DNA of 64,000 bases from an uncultured Candidatus Saccharibacteria bacterium (lineage in GTDB: Bacteria > Patescibacteriota > Saccharimonadia > Saccharimonadales > Saccharimonadaceae), in contig CALHVV010000066.1 in the NCBI GenBank assembly GCA_938036915.1, positions 240-64,239 of the forward strand, written 5' to 3'. This document shows positions 9,734 to 18,982 of this stretch, piece after piece. Made by a program: the position numbers and the translations under genes. The notes beneath the pieces are model-generated. The model searched no databases, was not told the origin of the DNA, and worked only from the letters and a program-made list of their open reading frames with translations. The stretch's first letter is position 1. Each line of letters begins with the position of its first letter.

Positions 9734-10075
9734 CTAGCTCGTCGTAATGTCATACTCTCTACACGTCATTTCGTGCCGCCGCAAAAATTTTCTTGCAGAC
9801 TCTGGATACACATTTGCTACAGGGTCACCCGGATCAATTGGCCCTACTGTATAGAAGGGGTCGCCTGGTTTCCAATGCCGTTCTTTCCACCAGGATTTTA
9901 TTGCTTTGCCTAGTGCCCTGCAAGAAAATTTTTGGGGTGAAACTGTTGTTGGAGTCTCTTCTATCATCTCACCATTTGCTGGTAGGGTATGTTCCGCTTG
10001 GCTCTGGCCTTCTTGATAGGGCTCATATGTTTGGTTTGGTTTGGTTTGGTTTGGTTTGGTTAGCTTCTCTCTCAT
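9734..10075 (-). CDS. orphan hypothetical protein with 5' pentanucleotide repeat
   Basis: AGGA RBS and TGGTATAAA -10-like element upstream; TKPNQTKPNQ encoded by the repeat; internal PGDP x2. Confidence 0.5.
   Translation of the reverse strand: MREKLTKPNQTKPNQTYEPYQEGQSQAEHTLPANGEMIEETPTTVSPQKFSCRALGKAIKSWWKERHWKPGDPFYTVGPIDPGDPVANVYPESARKFLRRHEMTCREYDITTS
9782..9934. repeat. perfect 17-bp inverted repeat flanking 119 bp
   Basis: CAAAAATTTTCTTGCAG (9782-9798) and CTGCAAGAAAATTTTTG (9918-9934). Confidence 0.9.
10029..10061. repeat. simple sequence repeat (GTTTG)6+GTT
   Basis: Read directly from the sequence. Confidence 0.97.
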
Positions 10076-10126
10076 AGTACTTCCTATTTTTATACCACAA
10101 TATTACTATAATAAAACAATTGCGGG

Positions 10127-12343
10127 CTATTCGTAAATCGCCGCCACTTTCTCCTCAATATTCTTCCATTGATAGTCGTTGGCAGTTTGGCGGCCACCGG
10201 CGATGAGCTTGTCGCGCAGCGCTTTGTCCGCTACCAGGCGCTCTACGGCCGCGACACCAGCCGCGATATCACCCTGTTGATAGAGGAGGCAGTTCTCGCC
10301 ATCCTTGAGGTATTCCACATTGCCGCCATTGGGCACCACTACTGCAAGACCACCGGTTGCCATCATCTCGAGTGGCGGGTAGGAGAAGCTTTCGAGGATG
10401 CTTGTTTTGATGAGAATGTCGCAGCTGGCGTATACTTCGCCGACCTTCTCGGGGGCGATGCGATTGTAGAATGTATCGACGCGGTACCAGTCCTTGGGCT
10501 CTTTGCGGTACGATAAATATGAAATCTCATACTTCGCAGGGTCGAGTTGGTTGATGATGCGGAAGGCTTCGTCGGTGTTTTTATACTCGCTCTTACTATC
10601 GCCCTCAACGAGGATTTTTATCTTACGAGCACTGTTAAAATCGCGCTCGCGGTATGGATAATACTCGATATCGATGCCGTTCGAGACATACTTCGCATCC
10701 TTGCCAAACATATCTTTGAGCCACTTCTGGCACCAGAGCGACATTGTTACGTAGCGCACGCCCGACTGGTCGCAGTACGATGCGTTAGCCGCGAAGCGTG
10801 GCCCACCCGTGCCGGGGATATAAAAATCGGTCTCGAAGTTTTGGACGAAGTAGAGCCTATTGCGTACATTGGGGTGCTTTTTGATAATCTCTACCGTCGA
10901 CCACAGTGTCGCCACTTGCGTGTCAAAGAAGGCCTCTATCTTCGTCTTGTGCGCTGTAATAACATTGAAGCCTGGCAATTCAGAGCGGTATTGGTAGGTC
11001 TTTTTGGCTTGCTTAAGGGCATGCTTACTTACTGAATCGATCAGCGTTACATCCCAGCCCGCCTTGCGGAGAATGTCAGCGTGTTTGACGGCAACGATCA
11101 CTCCACCCGAGATATCTGTCGAAGGCAAAACAAAGCCAATATTGCGCGCTAAGCGCTCCCGTATAAACGATGCAAGCGTGTAGCCAGTGTAGACTGTCGA
11201 ATAATCATTGGTGGCAATCTTGTGTGCATTCTCGCCCAGCTGAGTGCGCAGTGCTTTGTCGGTAATGAGGCGATCGAGTGCTGCGTACCAATCGTTATCT
11301 GCACCAACCAAGAGGCCTGTCTCACCATCCTTGACCTGTTCGGCAAAGGCCCCCACCTGGCTCGCCACCGTTGGCACCTTGACGAGGCCAGCCTCAAGCC
11401 ATTTATTCTCAGACTTCGCACGGTTAAAGATCGTATCGACTAGTGGTGCAAGGATGATATCGCAATCCACCATCACTGCGGGCAGCTCCCGCCAATCAAC
11501 AAAGCCCGACGTCATCACCCGCTCCTTATACGGCTCAAGTGCAGCCGGCACATCGAGAATACCAGCAATCTTGAGGTGGAGCTGTGGATATGCATCGAAC
11601 AGCCGAATCAAATCTGGGATGACTAGCTCAAAGTCCTCATTGTGCGTAATACTCCCACTAAAGTACCCAATGATGATTTTGTCTGCATCTTTGGCGATCT
11701 TCCCCTCAGCCAGGTCTTCAAGTGCCATGTTAGACGTCTTGATCATCTCATCAGAGGCGGCATTACGGTTGATGAGTACATCGCCAGTGGTGTATTTTTG
11801 CAGCTCATCGCGCAGTTGCGTTGTAGTTGTCACAACGTGGTCGCAGAGCTTAAGCGTTTCACGCATACGGTTTACCCCATCGTCGTAGAGTTGCTTATCG
11901 GCTTGATTCATCTGCTGGACGTATTTGATGCCGTCGGTGTACGTTTGATCAATGACAAGATCATCGATATCGAAGAAGCAGGTCTTGTTGAAGAACTTTG
12001 CTTGCTTGATAAACTCCCGCACCGTCTCTGTCACTGGGCAACGAAAGAAGACGAAGCCACGATAATATTTGAGGTCATCCAGCGAGAGTCGATCATAAAA
12101 CACACTCTCCACCGTTAGCCCCTGCGACATCAACTGCTCCATTTGGTGTGCCACGCGGTAGCGCTCGGGGTGCGGCAGGGTGCAACCATTGATAAAGAGG
12201 ATGTCTTTGTAATACTTCTGTTTGCGTTCGGGGAATTTACGATAATAGGCATACTTCGTGGCGCGCTTGCCAAAGCCAACTACTCCATCGTCTTTGATAA
12301 TCTTCATGCTTTTCTTGGCGGCTTTGTGTACTTTACCGATCAT
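10127..12343 (-). CDS. two-domain GT-B (GT4-type) glycosyltransferase; C-terminal half WsaF-like
   Basis: FDIDDL, GYFSGSITH, FNRAKSENKWLEAG; second domain SGGV, VATLWST, YFVQNFE, ESFSYPPLEMMA. Confidence 0.85.
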   Translation of the reverse strand: MIGKVHKAAKKSMKIIKDDGVVGFGKRATKYAYYRKFPERKQKYYKDILFINGCTLPHPERYRVAHQMEQLMSQGLTVESVFYDRLSLDDLKYYRGFVFFRCPVTETVREFIKQAKFFNKTCFFDIDDLVIDQTYTDGIKYVQQMNQADKQLYDDGVNRMRETLKLCDHVVTTTTQLRDELQKYTTGDVLINRNAASDEMIKTSNMALEDLAEGKIAKDADKIIIGYFSGSITHNEDFELVIPDLIRLFDAYPQLHLKIAGILDVPAALEPYKERVMTSGFVDWRELPAVMVDCDIILAPLVDTIFNRAKSENKWLEAGLVKVPTVASQVGAFAEQVKDGETGLLVGADNDWYAALDRLITDKALRTQLGENAHKIATNDYSTVYTGYTLASFIRERLARNIGFVLPSTDISGGVIVAVKHADILRKAGWDVTLIDSVSKHALKQAKKTYQYRSELPGFNVITAHKTKIEAFFDTQVATLWSTVEIIKKHPNVRNRLYFVQNFETDFYIPGTGGPRFAANASYCDQSGVRYVTMSLWCQKWLKDMFGKDAKYVSNGIDIEYYPYRERDFNSARKIKILVEGDSKSEYKNTDEAFRIINQLDPAKYEISYLSYRKEPKDWYRVDTFYNRIAPEKVGEVYASCDILIKTSILESFSYPPLEMMATGGLAVVVPNGGNVEYLKDGENCLLYQQGDIAAGVAAVERLVADKALRDKLIAGGRQTANDYQWKNIEEKVAAIYE

Positions 12344-13755
12344 ACGTCCTCCTCTGGCGTTACGTGCGGGTTATATAGTGTGTTGTATCCTTTACCACAG
12401 AGTGTAGCAGTTATCTGTGCACTGGTGAGCGGTGTATCTGGCGCAAGAGCGGCAAGTTTGGTGCGCGCCACCACCACTGTTGGTGTGTCGATAATACCAA
12501 GATTATAGCGGGCTGTCAAGTAGATATGTTTGGTAAATGAGCGCCGGCTGAGCTGCTGAAGCAGATCCACTACTGATGGTTGCAAAATCGACGATAAATT
12601 TGCAATCACCTGCTGCTCATCGGCAATCCGTGGCGCCACCGCACCAATCATCGGCCGAGCGGCATCGGCAGCGAGATGCTGCAGCGTGCTAGAAGGCAGC
12701 GCATTATGCTGCGTCAGGCATATCATCTCGGCAGTGGTTGTCTCGAGCAACTGACCAACAGTGGTCGACTCATCAAACAACGCGGTGTCAATGCTATATG
12801 CTTGGCCTAAGCTATAGCTCATCTGCCACTGAGCGCCATACTGCGGGTCGCGCTCTACCTGGGTCTGCACCTGGCGAGCGGCGCTATCCGCTTCGAGAGC
12901 ACGGCGCTGCGCATCGATAACGTAAGGTTTGGCATCAAGGTCTTTCGCTGTAGAGGCTTGGTGGACACGCCAATAGTAGAGAATCTGCGGCACATGAGCA
13001 ATCTGCTCGGGCTGCAAAGCCCGCGTCAGGCGCAAGAACAGCTCCCAATCCTGCGTGCCATTATACGACCCATCTTCACCGCCAACCTCTGTGAGCAACT
13101 GGCGTGACATAACAGCAAAGTGCGTAATGTAATTCACTGCGCGCAAAAAATCTGCGTTCCAGTCGGGCTTAAAGAACGGCTGATACGGCCGGCCATGTTT
13201 ATCCATCTTCGTCTCATCGGTGTAGACAAACTGCGCACCAGTACGGTCGATCGCGGCCGCGACCCACAGAAGTGCATCAGGGTGGAGAGTATCATCATGG
13301 TCAAGCAGCGCAATGTATTCACCCGTAGCCTGTGCGATGCCATAGTTGGTTGCACCAGCAATGTGACGATTTTTATCCAAAAAGAATGGCTTGAGCTGCG
13401 GTATGTCATCAGCTAGGTCGCGAATCGCCTGGCGAGTAGTCTCATTAGTTGAGGCGTCGTCAACGAGGATGAGTTCCCAATGTGGGTACGACTGCGCCAC
13501 CACCGACTGTACCATCTCTCGCAGAAATGGAATCGGCGTATTATACGTCGGTACGATGATAGAGATACGCGGCTGCTCAGTAAGTGAGGCAAGTGCTGGC
13601 GGCTGCTCAGTATGCTGACGCTGCCATGCATCGTAGATGCGACGCTGGCGAGCATCAAGATAGGCTCGATACGGCGCCAGGAGGTAACGTACCGCGCGGT
13701 GGAGATGGCGATTGGCTTTGATAAGGTGCGTCAGATGATGTAATATATACGACAT
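12340..13755 (-). CDS. glycosyltransferase family 2
   Basis: ISIIVPTYN, WELILVDDAS, LLDHDD, YTDE, FFKPDW, QDWELFLR. Confidence 0.9.
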   Translation of the reverse strand: MSYILHHLTHLIKANRHLHRAVRYLLAPYRAYLDARQRRIYDAWQRQHTEQPPALASLTEQPRISIIVPTYNTPIPFLREMVQSVVAQSYPHWELILVDDASTNETTRQAIRDLADDIPQLKPFFLDKNRHIAGATNYGIAQATGEYIALLDHDDTLHPDALLWVAAAIDRTGAQFVYTDETKMDKHGRPYQPFFKPDWNADFLRAVNYITHFAVMSRQLLTEVGGEDGSYNGTQDWELFLRLTRALQPEQIAHVPQILYYWRVHQASTAKDLDAKPYVIDAQRRALEADSAARQVQTQVERDPQYGAQWQMSYSLGQAYSIDTALFDESTTVGQLLETTTAEMICLTQHNALPSSTLQHLAADAARPMIGAVAPRIADEQQVIANLSSILQPSVVDLLQQLSRRSFTKHIYLTARYNLGIIDTPTVVVARTKLAALAPDTPLTSAQITATLCGKGYNTLYNPHVTPEEDV

Positions 13756-13761
13756 TTCTCC

Positions 13762-14922
13762 CTATTTCCAGGTATGCTTGAGCTTGGTAACACCACCCCA
13801 CCGGCCATGATCATAATCACGTTGCACCGAGAAGTGCGGCCCCTCCTCAGTAAAGGCGATCGTCTTGGTGTCGTCCGCCCCCATCAAGCCAGCCTTGATG
13901 AAATAACTCCCCTCGTTGAGGTTGAGCTGCACTGTGTAGACCGCGCGACTCTTGCCAGCAATCTTCACCTTTTCTTGGTAGGTGTTGGGGCCATAGACAT
14001 ACTCACCATTCTCGCGGAAGATTGCGACACCAACGTGCTTGACTCCTGTTTGCTGCCACTCTAACTCCACTGTCATAGTTTCGTTATACTCATACACCGT
14101 CTGTTCGTTACCATCACTGCCGCGCAGGGTGATGTCGAAGTCGTCTGATATTTGCTCGTCTAACCCTTCTGACTCGTTGTAACTCTTAATGTTGCTCCGG
14201 CTATAGGCGGCGGCGATACGGTATGGCTTGCCGATCATCTTCACCTTCCCATCCTCGATAAACACTGCCTTGTTGCAAAAGCGCTCTACCGCCGACATAT
14301 CATGCGTGACGAGGATAACAGTGCGCTTTTCGCGCTTGAGCTTATCAAAGTAAGCATAGCACTTCTTTTGGAAGGCTTCGTCCCCTACTGCCAAAACTTC
14401 ATCTAGCAGCAAGATATCGGCATGGGCACGGATGGCAATGGAGAAAGCCAGGCGTACCTGCATCCCACTAGAATAATTCTTGAGCCGCTCCTCCATAAAG
14501 TCGCCGAGCTCGGCAAAGTCGACGATTTTATCATACATTGCCTCCATCTCGTCGTGGCTAAAGCCGAGCAGTGCACCATTGAGAAAGACATTCTCGCGGC
14601 CAGTGAGCTCTGGGTTGAAGCCAACACCCAGCTCGATAAACGGCACCAGCGAGCCACCCACCTCGACACTTCCGCTATTGGGGGTGTAGATGCCGGCAAT
14701 CGTCTTGAGCAGTGTGCTCTTGCCCGAGCCATTGCGCCCAACAATACCAAAGAAATCACCCTCGTTGATGGTAAAGTCGATATCTTTAAGCGGAGTAAAG
14801 ACCCGATACCCTTTGCGCCCCTTGAGGAGGTTAATGAGCTTTTGCTTGATGCCCGAGCTTGCCTCCAGTGGGATCTTGAAGGACTTGGTGAGGTTATTGA
14901 TAACAACGATTGGTTGCGCCAT
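13762..14922 (-). CDS. wzt: Wzt polysaccharide ABC transporter ATPase with C-terminal Wzt_C-like domain
   Basis: GRNGSGKST, YSSGMQVRLAF, LLLDEVLAVGDEAF. Confidence 0.92.
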   Translation of the reverse strand: MAQPIVVINNLTKSFKIPLEASSGIKQKLINLLKGRKGYRVFTPLKDIDFTINEGDFFGIVGRNGSGKSTLLKTIAGIYTPNSGSVEVGGSLVPFIELGVGFNPELTGRENVFLNGALLGFSHDEMEAMYDKIVDFAELGDFMEERLKNYSSGMQVRLAFSIAIRAHADILLLDEVLAVGDEAFQKKCYAYFDKLKREKRTVILVTHDMSAVERFCNKAVFIEDGKVKMIGKPYRIAAAYSRSNIKSYNESEGLDEQISDDFDITLRGSDGNEQTVYEYNETMTVELEWQQTGVKHVGVAIFRENGEYVYGPNTYQEKVKIAGKSRAVYTVQLNLNEGSYFIKAGLMGADDTKTIAFTEEGPHFSVQRDYDHGRWGGVTKLKHTWK

Positions 14923-15732
14923 CTAGATACTCTCCGCAAAATACTGCTGGTTGCGCCGGAAATAAAACACCGCCAGCAGGATGATAATGATAATCGAAAC
15001 AAATGGTATGAGCACCATGGGGTATGCCACGAGGTCATAGAGCTGGATGGTCTGGTGTGTTACCAGCACCTGGCGGACGTCTTGGATGATCTGGGCGGCT
15101 GGGTTGAGCATGAGGTATGGCGCAGCAGCCGGCATGCGCTCCATTACCATCTGCAGAGGATAAATAACCGGTGTAGCATAGAAGGCAGCCTGCATAAAGA
15201 TCTCCCATAGGTAGCCAATATCGCGGTATTTCACATTGATCGTCGCAAGGAAAAACGCCACCGCTAGGGAGAGTACATAGAGTTCGAGGATGAGTGGAAT
15301 AACCAACAATCCCTCAAGCGACCATTGTACGCCATTAACCAAACAAAAACCCAAAATCACCACCATATTGATGGCAAGGTTAATAAAGGCCGAGATAGTA
15401 CCAGAGATAACAATGATATATTTGGGGAAGTTGATCTTGCGGATCAGGTCGCCGCGCGAGACGATCGACTGCAGCCCCTGCACTGTCGCCTCACTAAAGA
15501 AGTTCCATAGCACAATTCCCACCAAAAGATATACCGGATAGTGCTCGACTTGCTTACCAAGGCCGAGGAATTTATCGAACACGATATACAAAATAATAAA
15601 CAAAAATATCGGCTTGAGGATTGACCACAAATAGCCTAGCACCGATCCCTGGTAGCGTAGCTTGAAGTCCGTTACGACTAACTCGCGCAGCAAGATGCGG
15701 TTTTTTCGTTGCAAAAGATTTGTTACTTTCAT
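14923..15732 (-). CDS. wzm: Wzm polysaccharide ABC transporter permease
   Basis: DFKLRYQGSVLGYLWSILKP, FYATPVIYP, LNP. Confidence 0.92.
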   Translation of the reverse strand: MKVTNLLQRKNRILLRELVVTDFKLRYQGSVLGYLWSILKPIFLFIILYIVFDKFLGLGKQVEHYPVYLLVGIVLWNFFSEATVQGLQSIVSRGDLIRKINFPKYIIVISGTISAFINLAINMVVILGFCLVNGVQWSLEGLLVIPLILELYVLSLAVAFFLATINVKYRDIGYLWEIFMQAAFYATPVIYPLQMVMERMPAAAPYLMLNPAAQIIQDVRQVLVTHQTIQLYDLVAYPMVLIPFVSIIIIILLAVFYFRRNQQYFAESI

Positions 15733-15755
15733 AGTTTCTCTGGCCATTATATAAT

Positions 15756-16781
15756 ATGACCGTGGTAAAAAACAATCTTGCAATCATAGTTCTTAACTGG
15801 AACGGCGCCGATGATGCCCTAGAATGCATCGATTCGTTGGCGCAGCAGACGCTAGTGCCAACCATTGTTGTAGTCGATAACGACTCGCATGATGACTCGG
15901 TGGCACGCTTCCGCTCATATCAAGCTAAGCACCCTGCGCTTAGTCTCGTCATCATTGAGAATCAGCGCAACCTCGGCTTCGCCGGTGGTATTAACACAGG
16001 CCTGCGCTATGCACAGAAGCAGCAATTTCGCTTTGTTGGCGTGCTTAATCCCGACGCAGTCGCCAACACACACTGGTGCCAAGCCCTAGTGGACGAGCTA
16101 CGAGCTCATCCGCACTGTGGCATTGCCACTGGGCTACTCGCTCGTCGCGATGGGACAACCATCGATAGCTCGGGCGACTTCTATACCACTTGGGGTTTGC
16201 CTGGCCCGCGCCACCGCGATGAGCCAATTAGCCACGCGCCAACAGAGGCCGGAGCAGTGTTTGGTGCAACAGGTGGTGGAGCAGTGTATCGCACGGCACT
16301 GTTCGACACTGTTGATCTTTTTGACGAAGCATTCTTCATGTACTACGAAGATGTCGATCTCAGCTTTCGCACGCAGCTGGCGGGTTGGACAGTGCGCTTC
16401 ACGCCGCACGCCGTCGCATACCACAAGGTTGGTGCCAGCAGTAGCAAAGTCCCAGGGCTCGCGGTATACAATACCTTTAAGAACTTACCGCTTATTTTTA
16501 TCAAGAATGTGCCAGGACGGCTGTTTTGGTCGATTGGGGCGCGCTTTTGCCTCACCTACTGGCTGATATTCTTGAGTGCACTGCGCCATGGCAATGGTTG
16601 GCCAGCACTGCGTGGTATGCTCGCCTCTGTTATCCACCAGCCAGCGGCCTATCGCCAGCGCTTTGCCATCCAGCGGCAGCGCAAGGTGTCGGTCGATTAT
16701 ATCCGTAGTATTATCCACAACGGACCACTACCTAACCAGACAGGTCTGCTCAAGTTCCGGAAGTTTTTTACTGGTAAATAG
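15756..16781 (+). CDS. glycosyltransferase family 2 (rhamnosyltransferase-like); start could be GTG at 15762
   Basis: IIVLNWNG, VVDNDS, NLGFAGG, LNPDA, FFMYYEDVDLSFR. Confidence 0.9.
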   Translation: MTVVKNNLAIIVLNWNGADDALECIDSLAQQTLVPTIVVVDNDSHDDSVARFRSYQAKHPALSLVIIENQRNLGFAGGINTGLRYAQKQQFRFVGVLNPDAVANTHWCQALVDELRAHPHCGIATGLLARRDGTTIDSSGDFYTTWGLPGPRHRDEPISHAPTEAGAVFGATGGGAVYRTALFDTVDLFDEAFFMYYEDVDLSFRTQLAGWTVRFTPHAVAYHKVGASSSKVPGLAVYNTFKNLPLIFIKNVPGRLFWSIGARFCLTYWLIFLSALRHGNGWPALRGMLASVIHQPAAYRQRFAIQRQRKVSVDYIRSIIHNGPLPNQTGLLKFRKFFTGK

Positions 16782-17048
16782 CTCAGCTTGAGACGACAGG
16801 TCAGCGCCAAAGAAGCGAATTTTAAAGACCGATTTTCGTATGATAACCGTACAAGAAAATATCTGGAGGCCAGTAACCCAGCAAGCGGAAAAGCACTATA
16901 TAGGATCTGGCCGGAACATTTTCGGTACAGTTATCGTGCGAAAGAAGTACACCATATTCTATTCGTATGCAATTAACCTACTTCACCTCACCCCTGTTAC
17001 GCACGCAATCATTTTGCATATTCGCCATCTATGCGTACAATAATACCT

Positions 17049-18098
17049 ATGCGTCTTCTTGAATACCAAGCCAAGCAATGCTTGGCCGAGGCTGGTGTGG
17101 CAGTACCGCAGAGTAATGTTGTAGAATCTGCAACGATGGCACCCACTGCCCCTATCGTCCTCAAATCACAAGTGCCGATCGGTGGCCGCGGCAAGGCAGG
17201 TGGTGTAGTGATTGTCCGCGAGCAATCCGCCGTTGTGCCAACCATTCAGCGTCTCTTTACCCTCGATATTGGTGGATACACCCCCACGAAGCTCCTTGCC
17301 GAGGAAGTTCTCTCCATCGGCCGCGAGTGCTACATTTCGCTCACTATCAACCGCGAGCACTCATCCATCGAGTTGCTCGCCCACACCAGCGGTGGCATCG
17401 ATGTGGAGGAGCATGAGAGTGCAGCGTTCTTTCGCCAGGCCGTTACGCCGCAAACGGTTCCTTCTGTAGCTGAAGTACTGGCAGAGTATCTGTCGCTACC
17501 AGAGCAAGCCTTTGCGCTTGAGGATGTGGTGGCGAATTGTTTGCGTTGCTTTATTGACAACGATTGTCTCTTACTCGAGATTAACCCACTCGTTGTGACA
17601 ACAGATGGCCAGCTCGTCGCTGGTGATGCAAAGATGACAATTGACGATGCAGCGCTATTTCGCCACCCGCAGTGGCACGAAGCAGCAGCAGAGGATCATA
17701 ATTTCGTCACGCTCGACCACAACGGGACGGTTGCGACAATTGCCAACGGTGCAGGCCTGGCAATGGCAACCGTCGATGCGGTGACTGCCCGCGGTGTGCA
17801 GCCAGCTAATTTTCTGGACATTGGTGGCACGGCAACTCCAGAGAAGATCCTGACTAGCTTCGAGCAGATTGCCCGCTTCCCTGCCGTGGCGCTCATCATT
17901 ATTAATATCTTTGGTGGTATTGTGCGCTGCGATGACGTAGCGGCAGCCATCATTAGTGCCAAGCAGCAGCTACCTGACCTCCCGCCACTCGCTGTCCGCC
18001 TAACGGGCAACCGCGAGGCCGAAGCCAAGGCGCTCCTTGCCCGCGAGGATATTCCACTCTATGATAACCTATCTCACATCCTGGAGGAGGCTGTATGA
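17049..18098 (+). CDS. sucC: succinyl-CoA synthetase beta subunit (ATP-grasp)
   Basis: MRLLEYQAK, GGRGKAGGV, EINPL, NGAGLAMATVD, PANFLDIGG, NIFGGIVRCD. Confidence 0.9.
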   Translation: MRLLEYQAKQCLAEAGVAVPQSNVVESATMAPTAPIVLKSQVPIGGRGKAGGVVIVREQSAVVPTIQRLFTLDIGGYTPTKLLAEEVLSIGRECYISLTINREHSSIELLAHTSGGIDVEEHESAAFFRQAVTPQTVPSVAEVLAEYLSLPEQAFALEDVVANCLRCFIDNDCLLLEINPLVVTTDGQLVAGDAKMTIDDAALFRHPQWHEAAAEDHNFVTLDHNGTVATIANGAGLAMATVDAVTARGVQPANFLDIGGTATPEKILTSFEQIARFPAVALIIINIFGGIVRCDDVAAAIISAKQQLPDLPPLAVRLTGNREAEAKALLAREDIPLYDNLSHILEEAV

Positions 18099-18967
18099 TG
18101 ACACCTGATATCTTTCATGGTAAGCATGTTATCGTCCAGGGTATGACTGGCAAACATGGCTCATTTCACACCGAGCGTATGCTAGCGAGTGGTACACATA
18201 TCGTTGGCGGCACGTCACCCAACCAATCGGTTACAGAGGTGCACGGTGTGCCGGTCTTCCGGACGATTCGCGAAATTCAGGCGCAGCAGCCTGTCGATAT
18301 TTCCGTCATTTTTGTGCCAGCAGCCTATGCCAAAGCAGCGATTATGGAAGCAATTGATGCAGAGGTGCCACTCATTATTTGTATCACCGAGGGCGTGCCT
18401 GTCCACGATATGTTGCATATAAAACAACGCCTGGTAACTAGTTCTTCAATTTTGATCGGCCCCAACTGCCCTGGCGTTCTCATCCCCGGCGTGCACAACC
18501 TCGGCATCGTCCCCGCCACGCTCGCCACGCCGGGCCACACTGCCATCGTTAGCCGTAGCGGCACGCTCACCTACGAAGCAATGAGCCTCCTTCCCCAGGC
18601 GGGGGTTGGCCAGCGCTATGTGATTGGGATTGGCGGCGATATGATTGGCGGCAGCAGCTTTATTGATTGCCTGCAGTTGTTTGAACAGGATGTGACAGTA
18701 GAGCAGATTGTGCTGATCGGTGAGATTGGTGGCACGAGCGAGATTGCCGCGGCGGATTATATTAAGCGTCATATAAGCAAACCAGTCTATGCTTACATTG
18801 CGGGCCACAGTGCACCATCTGGAGTACAGATGGGCCATGCTGGGGCAATCCTTGGCACAAATGAGCTGGAGTCAGCCCAGGCCAAGACGGCCCGGCTCGA
18901 GGCCAGTGGCGCAGTGGTGGCATCGTCCATCCAGTCGCTCATCGCGCTCATACCAACCAATAAGTGA
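18095..18967 (+). CDS. sucD: succinyl-CoA synthetase alpha subunit
   Basis: VIVQGMTG, ITEGVPVHDM, IGPNCPG, SRSGTLTYE, GEIGG, phospho-His MGHAGA. Confidence 0.93.
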   Translation: MMTPDIFHGKHVIVQGMTGKHGSFHTERMLASGTHIVGGTSPNQSVTEVHGVPVFRTIREIQAQQPVDISVIFVPAAYAKAAIMEAIDAEVPLIICITEGVPVHDMLHIKQRLVTSSSILIGPNCPGVLIPGVHNLGIVPATLATPGHTAIVSRSGTLTYEAMSLLPQAGVGQRYVIGIGGDMIGGSSFIDCLQLFEQDVTVEQIVLIGEIGGTSEIAAADYIKRHISKPVYAYIAGHSAPSGVQMGHAGAILGTNELESAQAKTARLEASGAVVASSIQSLIALIPTNK

Positions 18968-18982
18968 TACAATAAGGCTACG

